This document shows positions 1 through 11,915 of a stretch of DNA of 64,000 nucleotides, piece by piece (the first letter of the stretch is position 1; each line of letters starts with the position of its first letter). Origin of the DNA: Anaerohalosphaeraceae bacterium (GTDB lineage: Bacteria > Planctomycetota > Phycisphaerae > Sedimentisphaerales > Anaerohalosphaeraceae); the NCBI GenBank assembly GCA_050309605.1, contig JBNRMN010000089.1:1-64000 (forward strand), written 5' to 3'. The notes under the pieces are model-generated. The model made no database searches. It was not told the DNA's origin and saw nothing but the letters and a program-made list of their open reading frames with translations. A program made the translations under genes and the position numbers.

Positions 1-124
1 TTACGCTCAAACAACGCGGATTAAACCCCGTGAATACAGTAAAAGAGGCGCTGAAAATCTATCTCAAAACCGGCCAGCTGCCGGCATTGAAAGAGTTCAC
101 TGCTTCAAATGGCTAAAATCTTAC
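1..124 (+). mobile_element. Right end of a probable IS66-family insertion sequence (transposase C-terminus at 3..116, terminal TTAC at 121-124)
   Basis: Frame from nt 3 reads TLKQRGLNPVNTVKEALKIYLKTGQLPALKEFTASNG*, resembling the C-termini of single-ORF IS66 transposases. The stop is followed by ...GGCTAAAATCTTAC, and IS66 ends begin GTAA. Most of the element is outside the window. Confidence 0.65.
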
Positions 125-170
125 GAATGAAGACAGTAAACAGAGACAGCCATCGCCCCGCTGTCGGTTT

Positions 171-935
171 TCACATCCGCATATACAGCCCGCCGTTGAC
201 GGCCAGGCATTCGCCGGTGATAAATCCGGACGCTTCACCGCTGGCCAGAAAGAGAATGGCTTTGGCCACGTCGTCGGCGGTTCCGTTTCGTCCCAGCGGC
301 GTTTGTTCGGCGGTTTTGCGTTTTCGTTCGGGCGTTGAAAACTGCTCGTGAAACCGCGTCTCGATCAAGCCGGGCACGACGCAGTTGACGCGAATACGGT
401 ACGGGCCGAACTCCTTGGCCATCGCCATGGTCAGCGTGTGCACCGCGGCCTTGGCAGCAGCATAGACACCGGAACCGCCCCCGCCGCCGTAGTGACCGGC
501 CACCGAACCGACATTGACAATGCATCCTTTGGACGCCTTCAGACTGGGCAGCGCCTCGCGCGTTGCCAGAAAGGTGCTCCGTACATTCGTTGCAAACACA
601 TCCTCATAAAACGCCAGCGGCATCCCCTCAATGTCCACGCGATCCAGCAGCGTCCCGGCGTTGTTGACCAGCACGTCGATGCCGTCGGCCTGTTTGGCAA
701 AGTCCCGAATCATGGTCTGTACCTGGGCCTCGTCGCGCATATCCGCCCGCAACAAGCAGCCGTCCGTCAGCGCCCGCACCTTGTGCAGGGTTTGTTCAGC
801 GCCGTCCTGCGTGTGAAAATAATGCACGCCGACATACGCCCCCTGAGCCGCGAACAGCTCGGCCGCAGCCGCCCCGATGCCGCTGCTGGAACCTGTGACA
901 AGCACCTTTTTTCCGCGTAAATCCTGATACTGCAT
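171..935 (-). CDS. Short-chain dehydrogenase/reductase, similar to DEH (4-deoxy-L-erythro-5-hexoseulose uronate) reductases
   Basis: TGSSSGIG, NNAG and YAAAK motifs; GHYGGGGGSGVY and TRFH segments resemble the A1-R/DehR subfamily. Confidence 0.9.
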   Translation of the reverse strand: MQYQDLRGKKVLVTGSSSGIGAAAAELFAAQGAYVGVHYFHTQDGAEQTLHKVRALTDGCLLRADMRDEAQVQTMIRDFAKQADGIDVLVNNAGTLLDRVDIEGMPLAFYEDVFATNVRSTFLATREALPSLKASKGCIVNVGSVAGHYGGGGGSGVYAAAKAAVHTLTMAMAKEFGPYRIRVNCVVPGLIETRFHEQFSTPERKRKTAEQTPLGRNGTADDVAKAILFLASGEASGFITGECLAVNGGLYMRM

Positions 936-965
936 ATCCGTGTCCTTTACTTTTGCCGTGCCGTG

Positions 966-2993
<2,028 letters not shown>

Positions 2994-3113
2994 TTACCGA
3001 TAACAATTTTCTGTATTATACATCAAATAGCGTCCCGACCAGCCTGAAAAAGAAGACGGCAAACCTGCCGCCAAACCCGATTTACGGCCAACGCCGCAGC
3101 CGTCGTTATTGCA

Positions 3114-3926
3114 CTATCCGGCCGGGGGGACGGTCAGGAGCTTCCACGCGCCGGCGACACAGACGGCTATAAAAAAACCACGTACAATCTGACGGGGCAT
3201 CAGGTGCATCAAATGGCCGCCGAGAAAGCCGCCCAGCAGGGCCGTCGGGATAATATAGGCCGCGATTGTGAGCGACTCGGATATGGCTATCCCGTGCGAA
3301 GGCAGCGTTGCGGTCTTGTAGATAGCCCCGATCCAGGCGATCCCCACAATCACGGATGCCGAGTTGCTCATCGCGCGTTTAAGCGGCAGCCGCAGGAAAA
3401 ACTGCTGCATCGGTGTGGCAACCGAGCCGGCGCCGATACCGAGCAATCCGGCCGCCAGACCGGTAATCAGCCCGATACCAGCCGAGCATATCTTCAGCAA
3501 AGGGGTCTGGTAGGCATGGGGGTCGCTGCCGTTGACACTGGGCATAGGCGGACGGAACAACCGCGAAGCATTATACACCGCCACCGCCGCCAGATACCCC
3601 CCGAACAACCGAGCCAGCACGTAACTGTTTCGTCCGGCAAAAAAGGAGAGATTGCTCAATGCCACGCCGGCCAGAATGCCCAGAACGGCCAAAGGAATCA
3701 TTCGCCGCAAAACCGCGGGAACCAGCGCATCGGCCTTGTGATGAGCCAGCAGAGAGGCGATTGCAACGCAGAAATTGCAGATCATCGAGGCGGACTGATA
3801 CAAATGCTGGTTTTCGCCGTAGAAGAACACCAGCGCGGGAATCATAATCAGCGATCCGCCGATGCCAAGCATCCCGCCGAACAGCCCCATGGCCAAACCG
3901 ATGCCGACCAGAGTAGCTGAATCCAC
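3114..3926 (-). CDS. TSUP (TauE/SafE) family membrane transporter
   Basis: Two GxxGGxLGIG(G/A)G repeats and multiple TM segments; likely GTG start at 3926 overlaps the trpC stop. Confidence 0.9.
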   Translation of the reverse strand: MDSATLVGIGLAMGLFGGMLGIGGSLIMIPALVFFYGENQHLYQSASMICNFCVAIASLLAHHKADALVPAVLRRMIPLAVLGILAGVALSNLSFFAGRNSYVLARLFGGYLAAVAVYNASRLFRPPMPSVNGSDPHAYQTPLLKICSAGIGLITGLAAGLLGIGAGSVATPMQQFFLRLPLKRAMSNSASVIVGIAWIGAIYKTATLPSHGIAISESLTIAAYIIPTALLGGFLGGHLMHLMPRQIVRGFFIAVCVAGAWKLLTVPPAG

Positions 3927-4741
3927 TACGTCCGCCTCGGTTCGAACAGCTCGTTGAATTTTTCGGCAATGTCCGGCGCAGCACAAAGCGTCTGGCCGAT
4001 CAGCACGCCGCCAATGCCGAGGCGAATCAGTTTTTCCACATCGCGGCGGGTTCGGATACCGCTTTCGGCGATCAGTTCACGTCGCTGCTCCACCAGTTCA
4101 GCCAAACGACCGGTGGTACGAATATCCACCTGCATCGTCCGCAGGTCGCGGTTGTTAATGCCCAGCACACTGTAATGCTTTTGCGGAAAGCCGATCAGAC
4201 TGCGAACCTGCAGGAGCGAATCGGCATCGTGCACCTCAATCAGAGCCGTCAGCGTCAGCTCGTTGGCCAGAATCAGCAAGTCCATCAGCATCGACGGCGT
4301 CAGCGCCTCGGCAATCAGCAAAATCGCATCAGCCCCGGCGGCGCGGGCCTCATAGACCTGGTACGGATCGACAATAAAATCCTTTCGCAGCACGGGCACT
4401 TTGACAGCCTTCTTAACGGCCGTCAGATAATCCAGACGCCCCTGAAAATACTTTTCATCAGTCAGAACGCTGATCGCATCGGCGCCGCAGGCCTCATAAG
4501 TTCGTGCAATCTGAACGGGGTCAAAATCGTCGCGTATCAGACCGGCCGACGGCGAGGCTTTTTTGATTTCGGCAATCACGTTCAGACCGCGGGGATTGGG
4601 CTTGGTCACTGCATGATACAAATTGCGGCATTTGGGCAGGCCGAGCGATTTTTCCTTCATCGCTTCAATCGAAATTTCCGTTTTGCGCTGCGCCACGACC
4701 TGCCGCGTATCTGCCAGAATCATATCGAGTATGGTATCCAT
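3926..4741 (-). CDS. trpC: Indole-3-glycerol phosphate synthase
   Basis: IAEIKKASPSAG, ISVLTD, LRKDF, GINNRDL and AESGI motifs. Confidence 0.97.
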   Translation of the reverse strand: MDTILDMILADTRQVVAQRKTEISIEAMKEKSLGLPKCRNLYHAVTKPNPRGLNVIAEIKKASPSAGLIRDDFDPVQIARTYEACGADAISVLTDEKYFQGRLDYLTAVKKAVKVPVLRKDFIVDPYQVYEARAAGADAILLIAEALTPSMLMDLLILANELTLTALIEVHDADSLLQVRSLIGFPQKHYSVLGINNRDLRTMQVDIRTTGRLAELVEQRRELIAESGIRTRRDVEKLIRLGIGGVLIGQTLCAAPDIAEKFNELFEPRRT

Positions 4742-4754
4742 GGTCGCCCTCGGC

Positions 4755-4789
4755 TCAGAGTTCAGAAGACAGAGGACAGAGGTCGGAAA
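4755..4789. repeat. Degenerate 7-bp tandem repeat, about 5 units of (A/T)CAGAGG
   Basis: tcagagt tcagaag acagagg acagagg tcggaaa in the spacer upstream of trpC. Confidence 0.7.
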
Positions 4790-4828
4790 TTAAAACGTGT
4801 TCTGTCATCCGGCACCGGTCAACTGGAG

Positions 4829-5206
4829 CTATTTTGATAATTCCACAAAGGCCATCCGCAACTGACTGAGCGTCGCGTCGAGCATGGCCTTTTCTTCGGG
4901 CTGTAAATTGTCTTTGCATTTGCTTTCAAGCATATCCAGCAAATCAATATTGTAACGCGCCATCGCCCAGTCCGGCTCGATGTGTTTGTCTTTGTTCTCT
5001 TCGGTGCGAATCAGACCGAGGGCATAAAACGCCTGTGTAGCCAGCATACTGACCAGTCCCGCAAAATCCGCCTCCGGCAGATCGGAACGCTCTTTTTTGG
5101 AGGAGGCCTGATCAACTTGTTCTTTTAGGTTTTCCTTTTCTTTCTGAGCCTGTGTTTTCCAGTCTTCATCAATGATCAATTTTTTCTCTTTGGATTCATC
5201 CGCCAT
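4829..5206 (-). CDS. DUF1844 family protein
   Basis: LIIDEDWK N-terminus, LPEADF...LATQA..ALG, IDLLDMLESK.K.NL...E; AAAGGA RBS before the ATG at 5206. Confidence 0.85.
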   Translation of the reverse strand: MADESKEKKLIIDEDWKTQAQKEKENLKEQVDQASSKKERSDLPEADFAGLVSMLATQAFYALGLIRTEENKDKHIEPDWAMARYNIDLLDMLESKCKDNLQPEEKAMLDATLSQLRMAFVELSK

Positions 5207-5247
5207 GATGTCGTCCTTTCTGAATTTTCGGGTTTGGCTCCATCGTT

Positions 5248-5721
5248 TCATATCCGACGAAAGCTTCGCTTCAGATCACGTTTGGCCTGCTGTTCGTGCA
5301 ATTTTTGGCGTTTGTCATATTGGCGCTTGCCGCGGGCCAGACCCAATTCGACTTTGGCCAATCCGCGCGAATTGAAATAAACACTCAACGGAATCAGCGT
5401 AAAGCCGCGCTGCTCCAGCTTGGTGCGAATTTTTTTAATCTGGCTTTTATGGAGCAGGAGTTTGCGCTTGCGCAGCGGATCGTGATTGACATAGCCGCCC
5501 TGTGCATAGGGGGCGATTTTACAGCCCATGAGCCAGCATTCGCTATCCAAAATCCGCGCAAAAGCCCCTTCGAGATCACACTGTCTGTTGCGCAGACTCT
5601 TGACCTCGGTACCCACCAGTTGGAGACCGGCTTCCACTTTTTCGATAATCTCGTAGTCATGCCAGGCCCGTTTATTTCGGGCAACCGAACCGGCGGCAAT
5701 TTGTTGTCTCGGCTCTGCCAT
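5248..5721 (-). CDS. smpB: SsrA-binding protein
   Basis: NKRAWHDY, EAGLQLVGTEVKSLR, RKLLLHK, GKRQYDKR. Confidence 0.98.
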   Translation of the reverse strand: MAEPRQQIAAGSVARNKRAWHDYEIIEKVEAGLQLVGTEVKSLRNRQCDLEGAFARILDSECWLMGCKIAPYAQGGYVNHDPLRKRKLLLHKSQIKKIRTKLEQRGFTLIPLSVYFNSRGLAKVELGLARGKRQYDKRQKLHEQQAKRDLKRSFRRI

Positions 5722-5916
5722 AAGCGGCTATCATACCACAAGCCCCGGCGTTTGCAAGGCCGAAGCGGGTGCGGTCAATTGCGCCGGCTTTCTGCCCATA
5801 TAGGACTGGACGAAACCATAAAAGAATGTAAAATGAAAGGGTACCAATTGAACGTGTTGAATGCCTCGACTGTCGGCGGCTGCACAGAAGCCAATTTGAT
5901 ATATTTAGGAGCCAAT

Positions 5917-6198
5917 ATGTTTCGTTTCTTCTACCGTGGCGACCCGTTCTCTCAGGCGGCCAAGAGCCTGGCTTGGGGAGCCTTTATTTCCGGCCTGCTG
6001 CTGATCGGTTTTGGAATGCTGGTGTTTATTTTGAGGGATTTGTTCGCATTCCTGGCGGCGGCGGTCTTCTTTCTGGCCGGTTTTTCGGCAATCGGGTATG
6101 CTGTTCGCCTGATGATTGCCCGCCATACCATGAAAAAATCAGACAATTTGTATCGTGATAATGTCGAAATCCACTTTGATAATGGTTTTGACACATAA
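5917..6198 (+). CDS. Small two-TM hypothetical membrane protein
   Basis: AGGAG RBS before ATG at 5917; two hydrophobic helices; the longer ORF call overlaps smpB. Confidence 0.7.
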   Translation: MFRFFYRGDPFSQAAKSLAWGAFISGLLLIGFGMLVFILRDLFAFLAAAVFFLAGFSAIGYAVRLMIARHTMKKSDNLYRDNVEIHFDNGFDT

Positions 6199-6270
6199 TC
6201 GATGTCTCAACGCCCATCCCAAAAGCGGATTTGACAATTTGCCGGTTTTGCTCCCCGAAGACAGAGACAA

Positions 6271-6609
6271 TCAGTTGCACGACACCTGGAGCGAGGCCAG
6301 CGCCACGACCTGATTGTCAAGAAACTGAAAGACACTGTCCAGGCCGGTGAGGTTGAAAATCGACTGCGTCTTAGGCTGGACTGAAGACAGGATAAGCCGA
6401 CGGTCATTGTCAAAGAGGAGCTTGCGAAGTTTGAGCAGCTTGGCAATGCTGGAGGACGTAACGATCTGCACCTCGGCAAAGTCAATCACCACGTTCTTTT
6501 CCGGGTGTTCGGCAACCATGGCAATCGTCGTTTCCAGCTCTTCCCCCATATATGGTTCCGGAGCAAGATTCACCAAAATAACCGATTCTGACCAGTTTTG
6601 GATACCCAT
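6271..6609 (-). CDS. STAS-domain anti-sigma factor antagonist
   Basis: VVIDFAEVQIVTSSSIAKLL and IFNLTGLD; AGGAG RBS before the ATG at 6609. Confidence 0.9.
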   Translation of the reverse strand: MGIQNWSESVILVNLAPEPYMGEELETTIAMVAEHPEKNVVIDFAEVQIVTSSSIAKLLKLRKLLFDNDRRLILSSVQPKTQSIFNLTGLDSVFQFLDNQVVALASLQVSCN

Positions 6610-6767
6610 ACAAATCTCCTGAATAGGGTCAAACACTTGCGTAATCTCTATCGACACGGGATAAACGGCAATTAAGCAAAATCCTCTAAAATCCCCCCAT
6701 GCTCCGTATAATTTGCCAGGTCAATAGGGAAATTTACGGACTGCGCGGCCTAAAAGAAGCAAAATCC

Positions 6768-6796
6768 TTGCTTTTGCCGCCCAAACAAGGTATAAT
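6768..6796 (+). promoter_or_regulatory. Sigma70-type promoter of the aspartic protease gene
   Basis: TTGCTT-17 bp-TATAAT. Confidence 0.6.
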
Positions 6797-6853
6797 ATGG
6801 AAAAGAAAATATTTCTTTACCATATTTATGGGGTGGCTTAAAGGATTGAACGT

Positions 6854-8359
6854 ATGAAAAAGGCACGATTTCAAGGCCTGAGTTTGCTGTTTATTCTGTC
6901 GTTGTTTATCGGACTTTTCGGCGATATCAGAGCCGAAGCGACAGTTCGACTCAACGCCAATATGCAGGTGACGCGCATCAACAAGCCGGCGCCGAGCGAG
7001 CCGTACGCCGCCGCAGCCGCCGTTTCAACAGCTCAACACACCCTTGCGGCGCCGCATCCGGTTCCCCCGCTGGCGGGCTTTTCGCCGCTGGTGGCCATCA
7101 CGGCTTCGAACAAACGCAGTTTTGAAGAGTTTAACCCCGAACATCAGCTTGAACCGATGTACACCGGTTCGCCGCTGATCGGTTTGGCGGCTGAAAACTA
7201 CATTATCGGCGTGTTTGACAGCGGCGCAATGGTCGATCTGGTCGCCGGTCAAAGTCAGGATATGCTGGGCATTGTCGGCCCTTATCTAACCGACCGAACA
7301 ATGCCGATCGGCGGCGTCGGCGGACAAATTGACGCGCTGATTTCCCAGCCCATCGGAATGTTTGCCGCCGGCCTGGAAGCGATCGATCCCAACGGTACGC
7401 TGGATGTATCGCAACTGAAGGGGCATTCCAATACGTGTGTTCTGGTGTCTCCGGAAATTTCCTGCGATACGGGAGAATCCATCACCGGCGTCATTGGTAC
7501 CCCCTTTGTCGGCTTTTACACCACTGTCATTGAAAACGACAACCCCAAAACAGTCTATCGTAACAACACGTATCACAGCAGCCCCAATGTCAAAATTCTG
7601 CAGCCCTACAGCGGTTCGATCCCCCAATATCCGCGACGTTTCTCGATGGAGCTGAATACGCCGGCAACAACGGCCAGCTATTTTCAGCTTTTTGACATTG
7701 ACACATTTGAAACCACCGTCGAATCGCCGACGATGTTGTCGCTGTATGCATTCTCGATTCCGTTCGGCGGGGTATTTATGACAACGATTTATGTAACCGA
7801 GGGCCAGCCCGACCCGACCAATCCGCCGCAGCCGATGCGTGTGATGGTCGATACCGGCGCGCAAAGCTCAATCATCACGCCGGCCATGGCCGCCAAGCTC
7901 AGTTTGCCGCTCACGCCCGATTACACCATTGACGTCTGCGGCATCGGCGGCACAACCACCGATGTGCCGGTCTATGAGATTGATTATGTCCGCATCAACG
8001 CCCTCGGCGGTGCCATGGAGTTTTCCAATGCGCCGTTTGTCATGCTGGATTTGAGCCTCGGCGACGGCGGAACGCTGGACGGCGTGCTGGGAATGAATTT
8101 CTTCTGGAATCGCAATGTGATATTTCAGCCTGAATTGCTGGGCAGCAGCTTTTTCCATGTTTCGGATCCGGTACTTTACGGCCATGCAGACTTCAACCAT
8201 GACGGCGCCGTTGATCTGGCGGATTTTGCGATATTTGCCGCCGCGTGGAAGAGTCAGTCACCGGATGAGGCGTACAATCCGGCCTGCGATTTTTATATGG
8301 ACGGACAAATCGACGAAAAGGACTTCGAAGTGTTTTTGCTGCACTGGCTGAATCCTTAG
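6854..8359 (+). CDS. Secreted aspartic protease with two retropepsin-like lobes and a C-terminal dockerin-like domain
   Basis: Signal peptide; VFDSGA...GVIG and MVDTGA...GVLG; ADFNHDGAVDLADF and DFYMDGQIDEKDF EF-hand-like repeats. Confidence 0.85.
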   Translation: MKKARFQGLSLLFILSLFIGLFGDIRAEATVRLNANMQVTRINKPAPSEPYAAAAAVSTAQHTLAAPHPVPPLAGFSPLVAITASNKRSFEEFNPEHQLEPMYTGSPLIGLAAENYIIGVFDSGAMVDLVAGQSQDMLGIVGPYLTDRTMPIGGVGGQIDALISQPIGMFAAGLEAIDPNGTLDVSQLKGHSNTCVLVSPEISCDTGESITGVIGTPFVGFYTTVIENDNPKTVYRNNTYHSSPNVKILQPYSGSIPQYPRRFSMELNTPATTASYFQLFDIDTFETTVESPTMLSLYAFSIPFGGVFMTTIYVTEGQPDPTNPPQPMRVMVDTGAQSSIITPAMAAKLSLPLTPDYTIDVCGIGGTTTDVPVYEIDYVRINALGGAMEFSNAPFVMLDLSLGDGGTLDGVLGMNFFWNRNVIFQPELLGSSFFHVSDPVLYGHADFNHDGAVDLADFAIFAAAWKSQSPDEAYNPACDFYMDGQIDEKDFEVFLLHWLNP

Positions 8360-8420
8360 GTACGTCAACTCTCCGGCGCACCCTGCCGCAGGCTTTGGGC
8401 ATCGTGCTGACATCGCGATG

Positions 8421-9839
8421 TCAGGCGATGGTGTGCATCACGATGGACCAGCGGCTTTGCGGCGAGAGCAATTCTTCCGGCGGCAGCAGCAGGATGTCAT
8501 CGCCTTGTTTCGCCCAGTCGTTCTCCATACACAGCGTTTCGACCTGATTGAGCCACGCGGTAAAATCCCCCGGACAGATCATGTGCACACTGAGCACGCC
8601 GTAATAAAAAGCCAACTGCCGGGCAATACGGTCATTGGGACACAAGGCCAGCACCGGCACATCGGGCCGCATCTTGCTGAGTAATCGCGCGGTCTGGCCG
8701 GAGGCGGTCCAGGCTACTATCAGACGTGCCGTGATGCGGTCGAGCATCATCGCCACCGAACGGGCCAGCGCCTCGCGGTCGTGCAATTCCGGCCGAGTCT
8801 CAATGGGCGGACGCAGTGCATCGGTTTGATCCAGGTAGCGCTCGGTTACCCGACAGGCGTGCGCCAGAAACTGCACCGCCTGTATCGGCCAGTCGCCGAC
8901 GGCGGTTTCTCCGGACAGCATCACGGCATCGGCATAATCCATAACGGCATTGGCGACATCGGACGCCTCGGCCCGCGTCGGCACGGGATTCTTCATCATC
9001 GACTGCAACACCTGTGTGGCAACGATGACCGGTTTGCCGAAACGCCGGCACAAAGCGGTCATTTTCTTCTGGGCTGGCGGGACGTGCGCCAAATCCATTT
9101 CCACCCCCAAATCGCCGCGGGCCACCAGCAGTGCATCCGATGCGTGCAGAATCGATTCAAGATTGTCCACCGCCTGCGGTTTTTCAATCTTGGCGACAAT
9201 ACGGATGGGACTGTTCTGCTCGATCAGTCGGCTTCGCAGTTCTTGGATTTCTTCGGCCCGCTGAACAAAACTCAGGGCCAGATAGTCCAGGTTGTTCTGA
9301 ACCGCCCACGCGACATACGCCCAGTCCCGCTCGGTAATTGCGGGCAATCGCAGATGGGTATCGGGCAGGTTAATCCCCTTGCCGGTGGAGATTTCCCCGC
9401 CGACCTGCACGGTACAAATCAATCGGCCGGGCTGTTTGTCGGCCGCCACAAGTCGAATCGTGCCGTCGTCAATCAAAATTCGCTGGCCGATTTGAACATC
9501 CTCGATCAATTGCGGTGCGGTGATGCCGAAAGCATACGGCGTGCCCGGCTCGCTGTCGGCACGAAGCACCACCTCATCGCCGATCTCAAGCCGCCCTGCC
9601 GGTTCAATGTGTGCGGCACGGATTTTCGGCCCGCATAAATCCCCCATGACACACACCGCCCACGGAACACGCCCGCTGACGCGGCGTATCGTATCCAGCG
9701 TCGCCTGATGAGAATCGAAATCGCCGTGAGAAAAATTGAGCCGAAACACCGTAACGCGCAGATCGATCAGGGCTTTGATCATCTCTTCTGAGGCCGTGGC
9801 CGGCCCGAGTGTAACAACAATGGTCGTCTTGGTAATCAT
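8421..9839 (-). CDS. pyk: Pyruvate kinase
   Basis: RLNFSHG, GPKIR, KGINLP, KIEK, ARGDLG, ATQ, MLSGETA. Confidence 0.97.
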   Translation of the reverse strand: MITKTTIVVTLGPATASEEMIKALIDLRVTVFRLNFSHGDFDSHQATLDTIRRVSGRVPWAVCVMGDLCGPKIRAAHIEPAGRLEIGDEVVLRADSEPGTPYAFGITAPQLIEDVQIGQRILIDDGTIRLVAADKQPGRLICTVQVGGEISTGKGINLPDTHLRLPAITERDWAYVAWAVQNNLDYLALSFVQRAEEIQELRSRLIEQNSPIRIVAKIEKPQAVDNLESILHASDALLVARGDLGVEMDLAHVPPAQKKMTALCRRFGKPVIVATQVLQSMMKNPVPTRAEASDVANAVMDYADAVMLSGETAVGDWPIQAVQFLAHACRVTERYLDQTDALRPPIETRPELHDREALARSVAMMLDRITARLIVAWTASGQTARLLSKMRPDVPVLALCPNDRIARQLAFYYGVLSVHMICPGDFTAWLNQVETLCMENDWAKQGDDILLLPPEELLSPQSRWSIVMHTIA

Positions 9840-9877
9840 CGTCAATCCCGCCGACAGGGGTGTGTCAGGTTGCCGGG

Positions 9878-10561
9878 TTAGGCCTTCAACGTCGCACGAA
9901 TGCGCTGGATGCGTTCCAGCGTTTGACGGACATCACTTGTCAATTGATCAAATTTTTTCTGCTGCACGAGGGCTTGGGTAATCAGCTTGCTGCCCATTCC
10001 GATACAGGCCGCGCCGGCGGCCAGCCATTCGGTCAGGTTTTCTTCGGTCGGCGAGACGCCCCCGGTCGGCATGATGTCCGTCCAGGGCATCGGCCCTTTG
10101 ATGGATTTGACAAAGGCCGGCCCGCCGACACAGCCGCCGGGGAAGACCTTGCAAATCTCTACACCAAGCCGATGCGCCCGATGCACCTCCGAGGCCGAGC
10201 CGCAGCCGGGGCAATACGGAATCTTGCGGGTATTGCACAGTACGGCAGTGTCCTCATCCAGGACAGGCCCGACCACAAAATCTGCGCCGGCGGCGATATA
10301 CAGCGCTGCGGTCGGGGCATCGACCACCGAGCCGACACCCAGCACCAAATCCGGTTGCTGTGCGTCGCGAAACTCAGCCAAACGACCAAAGACCTCAACC
10401 GCCCGGTCGCCGCGATTGGTAAACTCCAGCACCGTCGCCCCGGCGGTAACGCAGGCACGGGCAATCTGAATCGCCACGTCGGGATCGCTTTGGTAATAGA
10501 CCGGCACCAGCCCGATGCGCTTCATTCGACTCAACGTCTCAAGACGCGAATGCCTTGCCAT
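9878..10561 (-). CDS. eda: KDPG/KHG aldolase
   Basis: EFTNRG, GVGSV, KVFPG, MPTGGV, GMGSKL. Confidence 0.95.
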   Translation of the reverse strand: MARHSRLETLSRMKRIGLVPVYYQSDPDVAIQIARACVTAGATVLEFTNRGDRAVEVFGRLAEFRDAQQPDLVLGVGSVVDAPTAALYIAAGADFVVGPVLDEDTAVLCNTRKIPYCPGCGSASEVHRAHRLGVEICKVFPGGCVGGPAFVKSIKGPMPWTDIMPTGGVSPTEENLTEWLAAGAACIGMGSKLITQALVQQKKFDQLTSDVRQTLERIQRIRATLKA

Positions 10562-10613
10562 AGCAACTAAACTCCCAAAACAGGTTGACGTGATGTTCCA
10601 TTCGGATTGCCGC

Positions 10614-11912
10614 CTAACCTTCAATCAAATTCAGCAGATTCGGCAGCCACATCGACAACGGCTCCCAATAGGTAATCACCATCAGCGCCGCAATCATCGC
10701 AAGGAAAAACGGAATCATCGACGGCAGCACCTTGGCGATACTGATTTTGCCGATGCCGCAGCCGATAAACAGACACGTCCCCACCGGCGGCGTACAGATG
10801 CCGATACACAGATTGGCAATCAGCATAATGCCGAAATGGATCGGGTGCATTCCCATTTCCATCACCACCGGCAAAAAGATAGGGGTAAAGATCAGCACCG
10901 CCGGCGTCATATCCATAAACGTCCCGACCACCAGCAGCAGGAAATTGATAATAATGAAAATAACAATCGGATTTTCAGAGATCGTCAGCACCGCGGCGCT
11001 GACCGACTGGGGGATGTTTTCATAGGCCAGGATCCAGCTCATCGCCGTACTGCATCCGACCAGCAGCATCACCACGGACGTGGTAATGCCGCCCTGAAGC
11101 AGAATTCGCGGCAGATCTTTGAGCTTGACTTCACGATAGAGCGCCATCGACAGCAGCAGAGCGTAGGCGACCGCAATCGCGGAAGCCTCCGTCGGCGAAA
11201 AGAACCCCGACAAGATGCCCCCGATGACAATAATAATCAGCAGCAAACTGGGCAGCGCGTCAAAGAAGGTCTTGACGATGCGCGGGGCGGACGTCTTTTC
11301 CGGTGTACCATAGCCGCGCATGCGGCTGATGATCGCACAGACAAAAATAATCGCCAGCCCGACCAATATGCCCGGTAAAATACCGGCCATAAACATCGCC
11401 GCCACCGACACATTGGATACCACCGCATAGACAATCATCACGTTGCTGGGAGGAATCAGCAGGCCGGTCGTCGCGGCGGTGGTGGTGACGGCCACATTGA
11501 ACGCCCGCGAATAGCCCTGCTTGTTCATTTCAGGAATCATAAAGCCGCCGACCGACGAGACCGCCGCGGCCGCCGAGCCGGAAATCGACCCGAACATCAT
11601 ACACGTCAGCGTATTGACATAACTCAGTCCGCCTGTCGCCCAGCCGACCGCCGCTTTGGCAAAACTCATCAGGCGGCGTGCCATGCCTCCTTCGCCCATT
11701 AGAATACCGGACAAAATGAAAAACGGAATCGCCAGCAGCGGAAAACTGGCTATGCCGGACGCTATACGCTGGGCAACGGTATAACTGCTGGGAATATCGC
11801 CCAGCGACAAGAACGTTAGATAGGTGGCCAGACCGATGCAAACCGCAATCGGCACATTCATCAACAGCAGCAGAACAAAGCTGACAACCAAAATTAAAAC
11901 CTGTGTTTCCAC
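10614..11912 (-). CDS. dctM: TRAP transporter large permease
   Basis: LLAIPFFIL, ISGSAAA, LIPPS, PTEAS, TPPVG. Confidence 0.96.
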   Translation of the reverse strand: METQVLILVVSFVLLLLMNVPIAVCIGLATYLTFLSLGDIPSSYTVAQRIASGIASFPLLAIPFFILSGILMGEGGMARRLMSFAKAAVGWATGGLSYVNTLTCMMFGSISGSAAAAVSSVGGFMIPEMNKQGYSRAFNVAVTTTAATTGLLIPPSNVMIVYAVVSNVSVAAMFMAGILPGILVGLAIIFVCAIISRMRGYGTPEKTSAPRIVKTFFDALPSLLLIIIVIGGILSGFFSPTEASAIAVAYALLLSMALYREVKLKDLPRILLQGGITTSVVMLLVGCSTAMSWILAYENIPQSVSAAVLTISENPIVIFIIINFLLLVVGTFMDMTPAVLIFTPIFLPVVMEMGMHPIHFGIMLIANLCIGICTPPVGTCLFIGCGIGKISIAKVLPSMIPFFLAMIAALMVITYWEPLSMWLPNLLNLIEG

Positions 11913-11915
11913 GTG

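Noticed and set aside
3926..4741. trpC outside a trp operon
   Set aside because: Dispersed biosynthetic genes are ordinary in planctomycete genomes.
5296..5916. Long N-terminal extensions given by the ORF track (also 3927-3986, 34103-34225, 34648-34734, 51495-51704)
   Set aside because: They overlap neighbouring genes; downstream starts have RBSs and match family N-termini.
5722..5916. tmRNA next to smpB
   Set aside because: The spacer is too short and lacks the GGGG...CCACCA tRNA-like ends; no tRNA or rRNA was recognised anywhere in the window.
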